Below, in pieces: positions 1 to 9,348 of a stretch of 54,923 bases of DNA (position 1 is the first letter of the stretch; each line of letters starts with the position of its first letter). The notes under the pieces are model-generated. The model had not been told where the DNA came from. It searched no databases and worked only from the letters and a program-made list of their open reading frames with translations. The stretch comes from Chloroflexota bacterium. GTDB lineage: Bacteria; Chloroflexota; Limnocylindria; Limnocylindrales; CSP1-4. Location of the stretch: contig PMIP01000067.1 in NCBI GenBank assembly GCA_003158295.1, positions 9,437-64,359 on the forward strand, read 5' to 3'. Both the position numbers and the translations under genes were made by a program.

Positions 1-502
1 CAACTGCCGCGTCCAGGTGGAGCACCCCATCACGGAGCTCTGCACCGGCATCGATCTCGTAGCCCTGCAGATCAAGATAGCCGCCGGCGAGCCGCTCGGC
101 CTGACCCAGGCCGACATCGTCTCGACCGGTCACGCCATCGAGTTCCGGATCCTGGCCGAGGATCCCGGCAAGGACTTCAAGCCGCAGGGCGGCCAGATAG
201 GCGCCTACCTCGCCCCGGGCGGGCCCGGCGTCCGGATGGACTCGCACATCTACCCCGGCTACGACGTCCCGCCCTACTACGACTCCCTTCTCGGCAAGCT
301 CTCCGTCTGGGCTCCCGACAGGGCTCAGGCCATCGCTCGTGCCGACGCAGCGCTGCGCGAGATGCTCGTCGACGGCGTCATGACGAACATCGAGCTGCAC
401 CGCGCGATTCTTGCCAACCAGGTCTTCATCGACGGCAAAGTGACGACGAACCTGCTCGACAGAGTCGGCAGCGCTCCGTTCGTCGCAGCCGGCAACCGCT
501 GA
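1..502 (+). CDS. accC: Acetyl-CoA carboxylase biotin carboxylase subunit, C-terminal part (5' end outside window)
   Basis: NCRVQVEHP, GHAIEFRILAED, PGGPGVRMDSH and PPYYDSLLGK motifs; frame open from window start. Confidence 0.95.
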   Translation, partial: NCRVQVEHPITELCTGIDLVALQIKIAAGEPLGLTQADIVSTGHAIEFRILAEDPGKDFKPQGGQIGAYLAPGGPGVRMDSHIYPGYDVPPYYDSLLGKLSVWAPDRAQAIARADAALREMLVDGVMTNIELHRAILANQVFIDGKVTTNLLDRVGSAPFVAAGNR

Positions 503-524
503 AGCCGCCACCAGGAGCCGCCCC

Positions 525-998
525 GTGACCGAATCCGCCACGACCAACGAGCCGATTCTGACGACCCGCCAGATCGAGAAGCTCATCCCGCACCGCTGGC
601 CGTTCCTTCTCGTGGACCGCATCGTCGAGTACGACCAGGCGGCCAAGCGGATCGTCGGTCTCAAGTCCGTGACGGCCACGGAGTGGTTCTTCCAGGGCCA
701 TTTCCCCGGCCAACCCATCATGCCGGGCGTGCTCCAGATAGAGGCCCTGGCCCAGACCATGGCCGTCTTCGTTGCCCAGCAGCCGGGCTTTGGAGATCGG
801 ATGGGGCTCTTTGCCGCAATCGACGAGTGCCGCTTCAAGCACATCGTGACGCCGGGGGACCAGCTCCGGCTGGAAGTCACAATGGAGCGGCTCGGCAGCA
901 AGTTCGGGCGCGGCAAGGGAGTGGCCACGGTCAGCGGCGAGGTCGCGTGCGAGGCCCTGCTCAGCTTCATCATCGCGCCTGAGAGCGCACTGCGCTGA
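525..998 (+). CDS. fabZ: 3-hydroxyacyl-ACP dehydratase
   Basis: PHRWPFLLVDR, FFQGHFP, MPGVLQIEALAQ. Confidence 0.95.
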   Translation: MTESATTNEPILTTRQIEKLIPHRWPFLLVDRIVEYDQAAKRIVGLKSVTATEWFFQGHFPGQPIMPGVLQIEALAQTMAVFVAQQPGFGDRMGLFAAIDECRFKHIVTPGDQLRLEVTMERLGSKFGRGKGVATVSGEVACEALLSFIIAPESALR

Positions 999-1759
999 TG
1001 GTCCGCATCGCCGCCCTGTCCGACATCCACGGCAACCTGCCCGCCCTCGAGGCCGTTCGCAAGGCGGTGGACGCCGCGCGTCCCGACTACGTGGCCATCT
1101 GCGGCGACCTGGTCTTCAACGGCCCGGATCCGGTCGGCACGCTCGCGCTGGTCCGCGAGCTGGAACGGGCCGGCGCCTACGTCACGATCGGCAACACGGA
1201 CGTGGCCGTTGCCGACGGCGACTTCACGGCCGCGTTCCCGTGGTTCACGGAAGGAGCCCCGGACTCGTACCTGGCCGCTGCGGAGTGGGCCAGGGACCAG
1301 ATCGGCGACGACGGAGTGGACTATCTGCGGCGCCTCCCCTGGGAGAGACGGCTGCGGGTCGGCGACGCCGGGTCGCCTCACGGCGATCTCATCCTCTTCT
1401 GCCACGCCTCGCCCGGGTCGCTGACCGACGGCTTTCCCGTGGATCTCGATCCTGTCGTGACGATCGATCGCGTCAGCGGGACGGACGCGAAGGTCATCGT
1501 GTGCGGCCACACCCACGTGCCTGAGGTTCGCGAGGTGGGCTGGCGGACAATCGTCAACGCCGGTAGCGCCGGCTACGTCTTCGATGGCGATCCCTCGGCG
1601 AGCTGGGTGCTGATCGAGATCGAGGGCGAGGAGATCAAGGCCGAGATCCAGCGGACGACCTACGACGTCATGGCGGCCTCAGACGCCGTCTCGGCCCGAG
1701 GCCTGCCGGGCGACGTCTACCGCGCCGCCACCATCCGGACGGGGAAACTGGTTCGATGA
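998..1759 (+). CDS. Calcineurin-like metallophosphoesterase (YfcE/MJ0936-like)
   Basis: SDIHGN, GDL, GNTD, HASP and GHTH motifs; overlaps both neighbouring genes. Confidence 0.9.
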   Translation: MVRIAALSDIHGNLPALEAVRKAVDAARPDYVAICGDLVFNGPDPVGTLALVRELERAGAYVTIGNTDVAVADGDFTAAFPWFTEGAPDSYLAAAEWARDQIGDDGVDYLRRLPWERRLRVGDAGSPHGDLILFCHASPGSLTDGFPVDLDPVVTIDRVSGTDAKVIVCGHTHVPEVREVGWRTIVNAGSAGYVFDGDPSASWVLIEIEGEEIKAEIQRTTYDVMAASDAVSARGLPGDVYRAATIRTGKLVR

Positions 1760-3021
1760 GCCCGGCCGGCGGGCAACCCAGAGTTGTCGTCACGGGTATG
1801 GGCGCCCTGACGGGACTCGGGCTCGACGTCGCCTCCACCTGGGACGCTATGGTTGCCGGCCGATCGGGCGTGGGTCCCATCACACAGTTCGATCCCTCGC
1901 GGCTGACCACCCGCATCGCCGCCGAGGTCAAGGATTTCGATCCTTCTCCGGTCCTCGATCGCAAAGACCAGCGCCGAAACGATCGCTACGTTCAGCTGGC
2001 GCTCGTGGCGGCCCGCCAGGCGATGGACCAGGCCGGGCTCCCGGCGCGACTCGAAGGCACGGAAGCCGAGCGAACCGGCGTGATCGTCGGCACCGGCATC
2101 GGCGGCATTCGAACTCTGGCCGACCAGATCTTGCTCATGGGCGAGAAGGGGCCGGATCGAATGTCCCCCTTCCTCATCCCGATGGCCATCGGCAACCTGG
2201 CAGCGGGCGTGATCTCGATCTTCTTCGGACCGCAGGGACCCAACTTCGGCGTCGTCTCCGCCTGTGCGACCGGCGGCCACTCCATCGGCGAGGCGTGGGA
2301 GACGATTCGTCGCGGCGACGCGGACGTGATGCTGGCCGGCGGCGCGGAAGCCGTTGGGCACGAGTCGCTGGTGGGCGCCTTCGCGGCGATGCGGGCACTC
2401 TCCACGCGCAACGACGAGCCCGAGCGTGCCTCACGCCCGTTCGACAAGGGCCGCGACGGCTTCGTCATAGGCGAGGGTGCCGGCGTGGTTGTGTTGGAGT
2501 CGCTGGAGCATGCCCTGGCTCGCGGGGCGGAGCCTCTGGCGGAGGTCGTGGGCTATGGAGCCACCGCCGACGCCTCGCACATCACCCTTCCCGCTCCGGG
2601 GGGCGCCGGCGCGGTCCGGGCCATTCGCCGTGCGCTGGAGAAGGCGAGCCTCACCGTAGACGACGTGGACATGGTGAATGCCCATGCCACTTCCACGCCA
2701 GAGGGCGATCCACGCGAGCTGGAAGCCATCAGGACGCTCTTCGGCGAGCGGGCCGGACAGGTCAGCATCACCGCCAACAAGAGCATGATCGGCCACACTC
2801 TGGGCGCGGCGGGAGCCATCGAGACCATCGCCACGGTCATGAGCCTGCGAACCGGGATCGTGCCACCCACGATCAATCTCGACGATCCCGACGAGGCCGC
2901 GGCCGGGCTGGATCTGACGCCGAACGTGGCCCGACATCGGTCGATGGATGTGGCGGTCTCAGATTCCTTCGGCTTCGGCGGCCAGAACAGCGCCCTGGTC
3001 ATCCGGCGCTGGACCGAGTGA
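1756..3021 (+). CDS. fabF: Beta-ketoacyl-ACP synthase II
   Basis: RVVVTGMG, SACATG (catalytic Cys), NAHATST, GHTLGAAG, SFGFGG. Confidence 0.96.
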   Translation: MSPAGGQPRVVVTGMGALTGLGLDVASTWDAMVAGRSGVGPITQFDPSRLTTRIAAEVKDFDPSPVLDRKDQRRNDRYVQLALVAARQAMDQAGLPARLEGTEAERTGVIVGTGIGGIRTLADQILLMGEKGPDRMSPFLIPMAIGNLAAGVISIFFGPQGPNFGVVSACATGGHSIGEAWETIRRGDADVMLAGGAEAVGHESLVGAFAAMRALSTRNDEPERASRPFDKGRDGFVIGEGAGVVVLESLEHALARGAEPLAEVVGYGATADASHITLPAPGGAGAVRAIRRALEKASLTVDDVDMVNAHATSTPEGDPRELEAIRTLFGERAGQVSITANKSMIGHTLGAAGAIETIATVMSLRTGIVPPTINLDDPDEAAAGLDLTPNVARHRSMDVAVSDSFGFGGQNSALVIRRWTE

Positions 3022-3032
3022 GGGAGCGGACG

Positions 3033-3563
3033 ATGGGCGAGCAGAACGACGAAGCGTCCCGCCTGCCGGCTGGGGCGACCCCCGACGGAACCGGCGTCGG
3101 CGCGACGGCAGTCTCCGATGAGACGGCCGAGCTGCTGAGCCTGATCGATCGGCTCGGTGCGCTCCTGGAGCGAAGCGACCTGGCGGAGCTGGAGGTCGTG
3201 GCGGGCGAGACGGGCATAGTCCTGCGCAAGCCCGTCGCGCCGGTGCCATCGATGCCGGCCGTCGTGACTCCTGCCGCGGGCCCCGATACGGCCGGCGGCG
3301 CGGCCGTGACCGCCCCTGTCTCGACCGCGAAGATCGTGAGGGCGCCGCTGACGGGCATCTTCTACTCTGCTCCGTCGCCGGCCTCGCCCCCCTATGTCAC
3401 CGTCGGACACCGCGTCAAGGTGGGAGACGTGATCGGCCTCATCGAGGCCATGAAGCTCTTCAACGAGATCAAGTCGGACCAGGCCGGGCGAGTAGTGCGC
3501 ATGGTCGCCGAGTCCGGGAAGCTGGTCAAAGCGAAGCAGCCGCTGATTGAGGTCGAACCGTGA
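3033..3563 (+). CDS. accB: Biotin carboxyl carrier protein
   Basis: IEAMKLFNEI biotinylation motif and Pro/Ala linker; start reassigned to ATG 3033 behind a GGGAG SD. Confidence 0.93.
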   Translation: MGEQNDEASRLPAGATPDGTGVGATAVSDETAELLSLIDRLGALLERSDLAELEVVAGETGIVLRKPVAPVPSMPAVVTPAAGPDTAGGAAVTAPVSTAKIVRAPLTGIFYSAPSPASPPYVTVGHRVKVGDVIGLIEAMKLFNEIKSDQAGRVVRMVAESGKLVKAKQPLIEVEP

Positions 3564-4798
3564 AGCCTCGCGCCCTGTCCGGTGTCCACCTGACGGGCTG
3601 GGGAGCGTACGCCCCGAGCCTGGTCCTGACCAATGCCGATCTGGAGCGCATGGTCGACACCTCCGACGAGTGGATCGTGTCCAGGACGGGCATTCGGGAA
3701 CGTCGCATTGCCGGGCCGGGCGAGACTACCGCGAGCATGGCCGCCATTGCGGGGCTGCGAGCAATCGCCACGGCAGGCCTGCAGCCGGAAGAGATCGACC
3801 TGATCCTCGTCGGCACGCTCACTCCGGACTACCCGCTTCCCTCCGCGGCCGTGCTTGTCAAGGAGGCGATAGGCAACACCACGGCCGCCGCGATGGATCT
3901 GGCCGCGGCCTGCTCCGGCTTCGTGTACGGCTATGCCATGGCTCATGCGTATCTTTCGAGTGGCCTGGGGAAGCACGCCCTGGTCGTGGGCTCCGAGACG
4001 ATGAGCCGATGCACCGACTTCACCGATCGGGGCACGTGCGTGCTCTTCGGCGACGGCGCCGGGGCGGCGGTGCTCTCCGCCTCGGACGAGCCGGGCGGAA
4101 CCCTGGGCATGGAACTGACTACCGACACGGCCGCGACTTACTCGATATGGATCCCCGCCGGCGGCGCGACTCGCCCCGCCAACGAGGAGACGGTCGCGAG
4201 GCGAGAGCACCTGATGCGAATGAAGGGCGGCGAGACATTCAAGCTGGCCGTGAGGCGGCTTGGCTCTACGTCGCTCAACGCCCTCGAGAAGGCCGGCATG
4301 ACCCTGGAGGACGTGGACCTCGTCGTGCCTCACCAGGCCAACATTCGCATTCTCGAGGCGCTTGCGAAGTCGATGAAGTTCCCCATGGAACGGGTCTTCG
4401 TGAACATCGAGAAGTACGGCAACACCTCCGCGGCCTCCGTCCCTATCGCGCTGGTCGAGGCCGTCTCCGAGGGGCGCATCAAGCAGGGCGACCGCATCGT
4501 GTTCGTCGCATTCGGCGCGGGCGGCACGTCCGGGGCCATCGCGGTCCAGTGGACCGCGGATCCGGCAGACCGTCTCCGCGCCGAAGCCGTCGATCCCGAC
4601 CGCATCTCCATCTCCGTGCCGAACATCGAGCCCGTCAATCCCTTCCCGCCGGACCTGGAGTGGCTGCTCAAGGAGTCCACGTCCGACGCCCGCAACGGCC
4701 GACGTCTCGGGCTGGATGCCCGCTCGACTACGACCATCTCCAACGCGGCAGTCCCCGGCGCGGATGGGAGCGCCGCCGTCACCCGACCCGAGCGGTGA
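3560..4798 (+). CDS. fabH: Beta-ketoacyl-ACP synthase III with C-terminal extension
   Basis: DTSDEWIVSRTGIRERR, AACSGF, LFGDGAGA, PHQANIRI, YGNTSAAS. Confidence 0.96.
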   Translation: MKPRALSGVHLTGWGAYAPSLVLTNADLERMVDTSDEWIVSRTGIRERRIAGPGETTASMAAIAGLRAIATAGLQPEEIDLILVGTLTPDYPLPSAAVLVKEAIGNTTAAAMDLAAACSGFVYGYAMAHAYLSSGLGKHALVVGSETMSRCTDFTDRGTCVLFGDGAGAAVLSASDEPGGTLGMELTTDTAATYSIWIPAGGATRPANEETVARREHLMRMKGGETFKLAVRRLGSTSLNALEKAGMTLEDVDLVVPHQANIRILEALAKSMKFPMERVFVNIEKYGNTSAASVPIALVEAVSEGRIKQGDRIVFVAFGAGGTSGAIAVQWTADPADRLRAEAVDPDRISISVPNIEPVNPFPPDLEWLLKESTSDARNGRRLGLDARSTTTISNAAVPGADGSAAVTRPER

Positions 4799-4868
4799 GG
4801 TCGGGTCCGCGGCCGAGGGCGTGGATTCGAATCCGGCCGGACCGGAATGCCAGTAGAAGGAGCCAACC

Positions 4869-5618
4869 ATGATCGATCTGACCGGCAAATCCGCTCTCGT
4901 CACGGGCGGAGCTCGTGGCATCGGCAAAGCCATCTGCCTGAGCCTGGCCCGCCAGGGGGCCGACATCGCCTTCGTGGACGTGGGACGTGCCGATGTCGCC
5001 GAGGCGACGGTCGCGGAGATCGAGGCGCTCGGCCGCCGCGCGATCTACATTGCCGCTGATGTGACCGACCCGGAGGCATGCGTGAAGGCCGTCCAGGCCA
5101 CCGTCGAGGCCTTCGGCAAGATCGACATCCTGGTCAACAACGCCGGCATCACCCGCGATGACCTGATCATGCGAATGCCCATCGACGACTGGCGCAAGGT
5201 CCTGGAGGTCAATCTCTTCGGCGCCTTCTACATGATCAAGGCCGCCGTCCGCCCGATGCTCAAGGCCCATGCCGGCCGGATCATCAACATGTCCAGCGTT
5301 TCGGGCCAGGCCGGCCAGATGGGCCAGGCCAACTACTCGTCGTCCAAGGCCGGCCTGATCGGCCTGACCAAGGCGACGGCCCGCGAGGTGGCCTCGCGCG
5401 GCATCACCTGCAACGCCGTGGCCCCCGGTTTCGTCGTGACCGAGCTGACCAAGGACCTGCCTGCGGCCCTGACGGACCAGATCAAGGCAGCGACCCCGCT
5501 TGGACGCTTCGGGACGCCCGAGGAGATAGCCGCGACGGTCACTTTCCTCGCCTCCGACGAGGCGAGCTACATTACCGGCCAGATTCTCGCGGTCGATGGC
5601 GGCCTGGTGATGCAGTAG
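4869..5618 (+). CDS. fabG: 3-oxoacyl-ACP reductase
   Basis: TGGARGIG, NNAGITRD, GQANYSSSK, YITGQILAVDGG. Confidence 0.96.
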   Translation: MIDLTGKSALVTGGARGIGKAICLSLARQGADIAFVDVGRADVAEATVAEIEALGRRAIYIAADVTDPEACVKAVQATVEAFGKIDILVNNAGITRDDLIMRMPIDDWRKVLEVNLFGAFYMIKAAVRPMLKAHAGRIINMSSVSGQAGQMGQANYSSSKAGLIGLTKATAREVASRGITCNAVAPGFVVTELTKDLPAALTDQIKAATPLGRFGTPEEIAATVTFLASDEASYITGQILAVDGGLVMQ

Positions 5619-5640
5619 CGCCACGACTGCCACCGCGGAA

Positions 5641-5680
5641 GGCCCGTCGGGGCGGGCCACGCGGGCCGAGTCGACGGCCC
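5641..5680 (+). terminator. Two tandem GC-rich hairpins after fabG (possible terminator, no U-tract)
   Basis: GGCCCGT-cggg-GCGGGCC (5641-5658) and GGGCCG-agtcga-CGGCCC (5663-5680). Confidence 0.3.
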
Positions 5681-5695
5681 TAGACTTGGACCCAA

Positions 5696-7318
5696 ATGTG
5701 GAACGAGACTCAAGACACCGCGGACGAGCCCGGCTCCGGCGCCGAGCCGGTGGCCGGCGAGCCCGGCTCCACCCACGAGCCCGATTCCGCCGCTGAACCG
5801 GCGGCGCGTCGTCGCGCGCCACTGATCGCGGCCGCCCTCTCGTTCAAGGCCCGGCTCACTCGATCGGCAGCTGCCGATCCCGACTCCGCGGCTGAACCGG
5901 CGGCGCGTCGTCGCGCGCCACTGATCGCGGCCGCCCTCTCGTTCCTCTGGCCGGGGCTGGGCCAGCTGTTCCTGGGTCGCCGGGCATGGGCCGCCATCTA
6001 CACCCTGCCGGCCGCGATCCTGACGGTGTGGATCGTCGTCCAGCTCACCAACGGACTGTGGTGGGTGGGCCTGAGCATGCTGGACGAGAGCTACGCCCTG
6101 ACGATCGCCGTCATCGTCGTTCTCGCCGGGGCCCTGCGCGCGATGTCGACGGCCCATGCCTTCTTCTCGGCGCACCGGACCAGGCGCCTCCGCTTCCATC
6201 CCGTGGAGGCGGGTCTTGTGGCGGCCCTCCTCGTAACCATCGTCGGGATGCACGCCTACGTGGCCGCCGATGCCTGGCTGGTGCATCAGGCAGATCTCGA
6301 CATCGCCGCCAACAACCGCATCCTCGTGGCGGGCGCTTCGCCATCTCCAAGCGCCAGCGCCAGCGTCAGCCCGACCGCCACGCCGACGCCCGCACCTATC
6401 GACCCTCTTGCGTTCTACCCGGCACCCACCGTCGCGCGGAGCTCCGAACCCGCGCCTGCTCAAACGAAGAACCCCGATCGGATCACCTTCCTGCTCGTGG
6501 GCACGGACAGCATGCCCGGCCGAGGCTTCGCGAACGCCATCACCGACACGATGATGGTCGTGAGCATGGATACGAAGACGGGCAAGGTGACCATGATCAG
6601 CGTGCCCCGCGACACCTCCGCCTTCGACCTGTACTACGGCGGCTGGGCCGAGTCCGGGTTGAAGCTCAATGAACTGGTCAACAACCTGATCAACGGCTAC
6701 TACAAGTCTCCCGACCCGCCGATGATCACGCTGAAGAAGGAGATCAGTTTCCTGGTAGGCCTTCCAATCGACTACTACGCCTCGATCGACCTGGGAGGCT
6801 TCGCCAGCATGATCAACGCCGTCGGGGGGATCGACATCTACAACGAGCAGGCGGTCGTCGACGCGGAGACAGGAATATCGGTGGGCGTCGGCCCTCTTCA
6901 CCTCAACGGCACTCTGGCCATGGCGTACGTCCGCTCGCGTGAGGGAGCGGGCGGCAGCGACTACAAGCGCGCAGCTCGTCAGCAGGCCCTGCTCGTGGCT
7001 CTCGAGAAGAAGGTGGCAAGTCCCTCCGTCCTGCCGAACCTAGGCAACCTCATCTCGCTGGCCGGCAAGGTCATCGCCACGGACTTTCCGCTCGAGAACG
7101 CCCGCGACTACGTGTCGGCCGCCCAGCACGTGACCTCGATATCCAACTGCGTGCTCGGTCCGCCCTACAGCTACCATCCGGACACGTCCACCACGGGCGG
7201 GACATGGACCAGCCGGCTGGACATGGCGCTGGTCGCCAACCTGTCGGTTGGGCTGTTCGGTTCCGAGAGCAGCTACTACGGGCTCCCCGGAGTCGTGCCG
7301 GCCGGCTGCCAGTCGTAG
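5696..7318 (+). CDS. LCP (LytR-CpsA-Psr) family glycopolymer transferase with multi-TM N-terminus
   Basis: FLLVGTD, TDTMMVVS, SVPRD, YVRSR, SDYKRAARQQ; several hydrophobic segments and a S/P/T linker. Confidence 0.9.
   Translation: MWNETQDTADEPGSGAEPVAGEPGSTHEPDSAAEPAARRRAPLIAAALSFKARLTRSAAADPDSAAEPAARRRAPLIAAALSFLWPGLGQLFLGRRAWAAIYTLPAAILTVWIVVQLTNGLWWVGLSMLDESYALTIAVIVVLAGALRAMSTAHAFFSAHRTRRLRFHPVEAGLVAALLVTIVGMHAYVAADAWLVHQADLDIAANNRILVAGASPSPSASASVSPTATPTPAPIDPLAFYPAPTVARSSEPAPAQTKNPDRITFLLVGTDSMPGRGFANAITDTMMVVSMDTKTGKVTMISVPRDTSAFDLYYGGWAESGLKLNELVNNLINGYYKSPDPPMITLKKEISFLVGLPIDYYASIDLGGFASMINAVGGIDIYNEQAVVDAETGISVGVGPLHLNGTLAMAYVRSREGAGGSDYKRAARQQALLVALEKKVASPSVLPNLGNLISLAGKVIATDFPLENARDYVSAAQHVTSISNCVLGPPYSYHPDTSTTGGTWTSRLDMALVANLSVGLFGSESSYYGLPGVVPAGCQS
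5780..5944 (+). repeat. 66-bp direct repeat (5780-5845 / 5879-5944) in the LCP gene, with a perfect 18-bp palindrome at 5862-5879
   Basis: Both copies encode PDSAAEPAARRRAPLIAAALSF with 2 synonymous differences; GATCGGCAGCTGCCGATC is self-complementary. Confidence 0.92.
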
Positions 7319-7333
7319 GCCCCGGAGGGCTGC

Positions 7334-8545
7334 CTACTTGTAGGTGACGGCCGTTCCGGGCGGAACGCTCTGGATGAAGATTTCGCCGCGAACGAACGGA
7401 ATCTCGTTGCCCGAGTCGTCGTAGTAGTGGGTGAGCGCCGTGTCCGAGGCCTTCTTCCAGGTGCCGGTGATCGCCTTGCCTTCCTTGAAGACGATGGCCT
7501 TGCCCGAGCCGACATTGCCGATGGCGACTCTCTGTATGTTGACGTCCATGTAGTCGTTGGTGACCGTCTGGAACATGACGACGATGTTGCGGGCGATCAC
7601 TTGCTGATTGTTGGCCGGATCGATCTGGAGCTTCCCGTCCAGGATGCGAACGTACGAGTCGTTCTCCGGGTAGTACTGGTAGCTCACGGAGACGGTGCGA
7701 TAGGGGACGAAGACCGCCTCGGTCGCGGGCCGTTCGGCCGCCGGGATGTCGGCGACGAAGGGTCGAGAGGGTGGGCCCTGGTACGTGGCCGGGTAGCCCT
7801 TGCTCGCCGCGCAGCGGATGAGGTCCGCGGTGTTCGTGTACTCGTTGTGCGGAGCCGCTCTGGTCGTGATGCGGTGGTAGGGGCAAGATCCACCGGCCCC
7901 AGGGTCCATGTTGTAGAAGTAGCTGGCCATCGCGGGGACCGTCACAGTGCGAACCTTCGTGTCACCCCCGTCGTGGCCGTACAGCGCCTTGTACTCGGCT
8001 GCCCACCGGAGGTAGTAGGGTCGACCGCTCCGGACGCCCCCGATGGCGGATGCGGTCCCTTCCTGGAAGATCATCATGTAGCGATCTTCGCCGTATTCCT
8101 CATACGACTGGTAGACGATCGAGGCCGAGGAGAAGCCCGACTGCGGTCGGGCGATAGCGTTGTCGCCGATCGAGATCGCCAACGGCAGGCGGTGGGCGAG
8201 GTCGGCCGGAGCAGCCACTCCGTCAAGATCGCTGTACTCCCATCCGCTGGGCAGATCAGCGGAGCCCGTTTCGGTGGAGGAGGGTGAAGGGGTTGGTGAG
8301 TCCGTTGGTGAGGCCGTCGGTGAGGCGGTGGGCGACGCGGTCGGAGCCGCGGTTTGAGACGGCGAGGGCGAAAGGCCAGCCACCGGAGACGTATGCCCCG
8401 GCGCGACCCATACCAGGAGTCCGGTGCCGACGATTGCCACGATCGCGATCGCGCCAACGGCTATCGTCAGCTTCCGGTGGTCGATCCAGGTGCTTCTGAT
8501 CCCGGTCCGGATGCGTGCGAGTCCAGCCCTGATGCGATCGATCAC
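7334..8545 (-). CDS. DUF3048 (YerB-like) membrane-anchored protein, paralogue 1
   Basis: ARPQSG, IGGVRSGRPY, RAAPHN, ARNIVV, GSGKAIVF, GTWKK; N-terminal TM and S/P/T linker; GTG start behind GGAG. Confidence 0.82.
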   Translation of the reverse strand: MIDRIRAGLARIRTGIRSTWIDHRKLTIAVGAIAIVAIVGTGLLVWVAPGHTSPVAGLSPSPSQTAAPTASPTASPTASPTDSPTPSPSSTETGSADLPSGWEYSDLDGVAAPADLAHRLPLAISIGDNAIARPQSGFSSASIVYQSYEEYGEDRYMMIFQEGTASAIGGVRSGRPYYLRWAAEYKALYGHDGGDTKVRTVTVPAMASYFYNMDPGAGGSCPYHRITTRAAPHNEYTNTADLIRCAASKGYPATYQGPPSRPFVADIPAAERPATEAVFVPYRTVSVSYQYYPENDSYVRILDGKLQIDPANNQQVIARNIVVMFQTVTNDYMDVNIQRVAIGNVGSGKAIVFKEGKAITGTWKKASDTALTHYYDDSGNEIPFVRGEIFIQSVPPGTAVTYK

Positions 8546-8678
8546 GATTGCGTCTCCAAGCGTCGGGTTCGAGTCAGGATAACGGCAACGGGCGACCGCC
8601 GGCGCCTCAGGGAGTGCATCTCGGGGGTGGCTGGATGGTTCCGGCGAAGCTCGCGGGGAGTCGTTCCTGCAACCTGCG

Positions 8679-9284
8679 TCAGGCCGGCGGACCGAGGTGC
8701 TGCTCACGTCCAGGCACCCCAGCGGGTCCGGGCAGATCCCGAATCGTCCGATGGCCTACCAGCGTCGCCGGGTTGCCGGTGTAGATCCCGTTCGGTTGTG
8801 CGTCCTTGAGCAGTACTGAACCGAGAGTCACCACGGCGTTAGTCCCCACGGTCACGCCGGGCCCGATTTGCGAGAAGGCGCCAACCCAGGCGCCCGGATC
8901 GATCTTGATGGGTTTGACCATGAGGCCCATTCCCGGGTCAGACCAGTCGTGGTTGCCGGTGCACAGATAAGCGCCCTGGGAGATGACCGCATTCGATCCG
9001 ATTCGAACAGACACGAAGTTGTCGATCCAGGCCCTCTCGCCAATCCAGACGTTGTCCCCGACTACGAGATGCCATGGGTATTTGACGTGGACATTGGGTT
9101 TGATCAGAACGCCACGCCCCACCCTCGCGCCGAAGCGACGGAGCACCCAACGCTTCAGGCGATACGGCGTGACGACTGGGTTGAGCATGACGAGCGCCTC
9201 TACGACGAGCCAGAGAGCGCGATATGCAAACGACCGCCCGCTCTTGTATCCGCGTATGGAGGTCTTCGATAGATCAACGCTCAT
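8679..9284 (-). CDS. wcaF: WcaF-like hexapeptide O-acetyltransferase
   Basis: LRRFGARVG, VKYPWHL, ISQGAYLCTGNHD, GNPA. Confidence 0.85.
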   Translation of the reverse strand: MSVDLSKTSIRGYKSGRSFAYRALWLVVEALVMLNPVVTPYRLKRWVLRRFGARVGRGVLIKPNVHVKYPWHLVVGDNVWIGERAWIDNFVSVRIGSNAVISQGAYLCTGNHDWSDPGMGLMVKPIKIDPGAWVGAFSQIGPGVTVGTNAVVTLGSVLLKDAQPNGIYTGNPATLVGHRTIRDLPGPAGVPGREQHLGPPA

Positions 9285-9348
9285 GCGGGCGCCCTCACTG
9301 CCTCCAGGATGATCTACTGATCAAGCACCTTCCCATGATGCGTCCGAC

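Noticed and set aside
3392-4966. Long antisense or alternate-frame ORFs (also 3547-4872, 5567-6901, 35648-36931, 39318-40595, 44238-45605)
   Set aside because: Shadow ORFs expected in high-GC DNA; they overlap well-supported genes and show no motifs.
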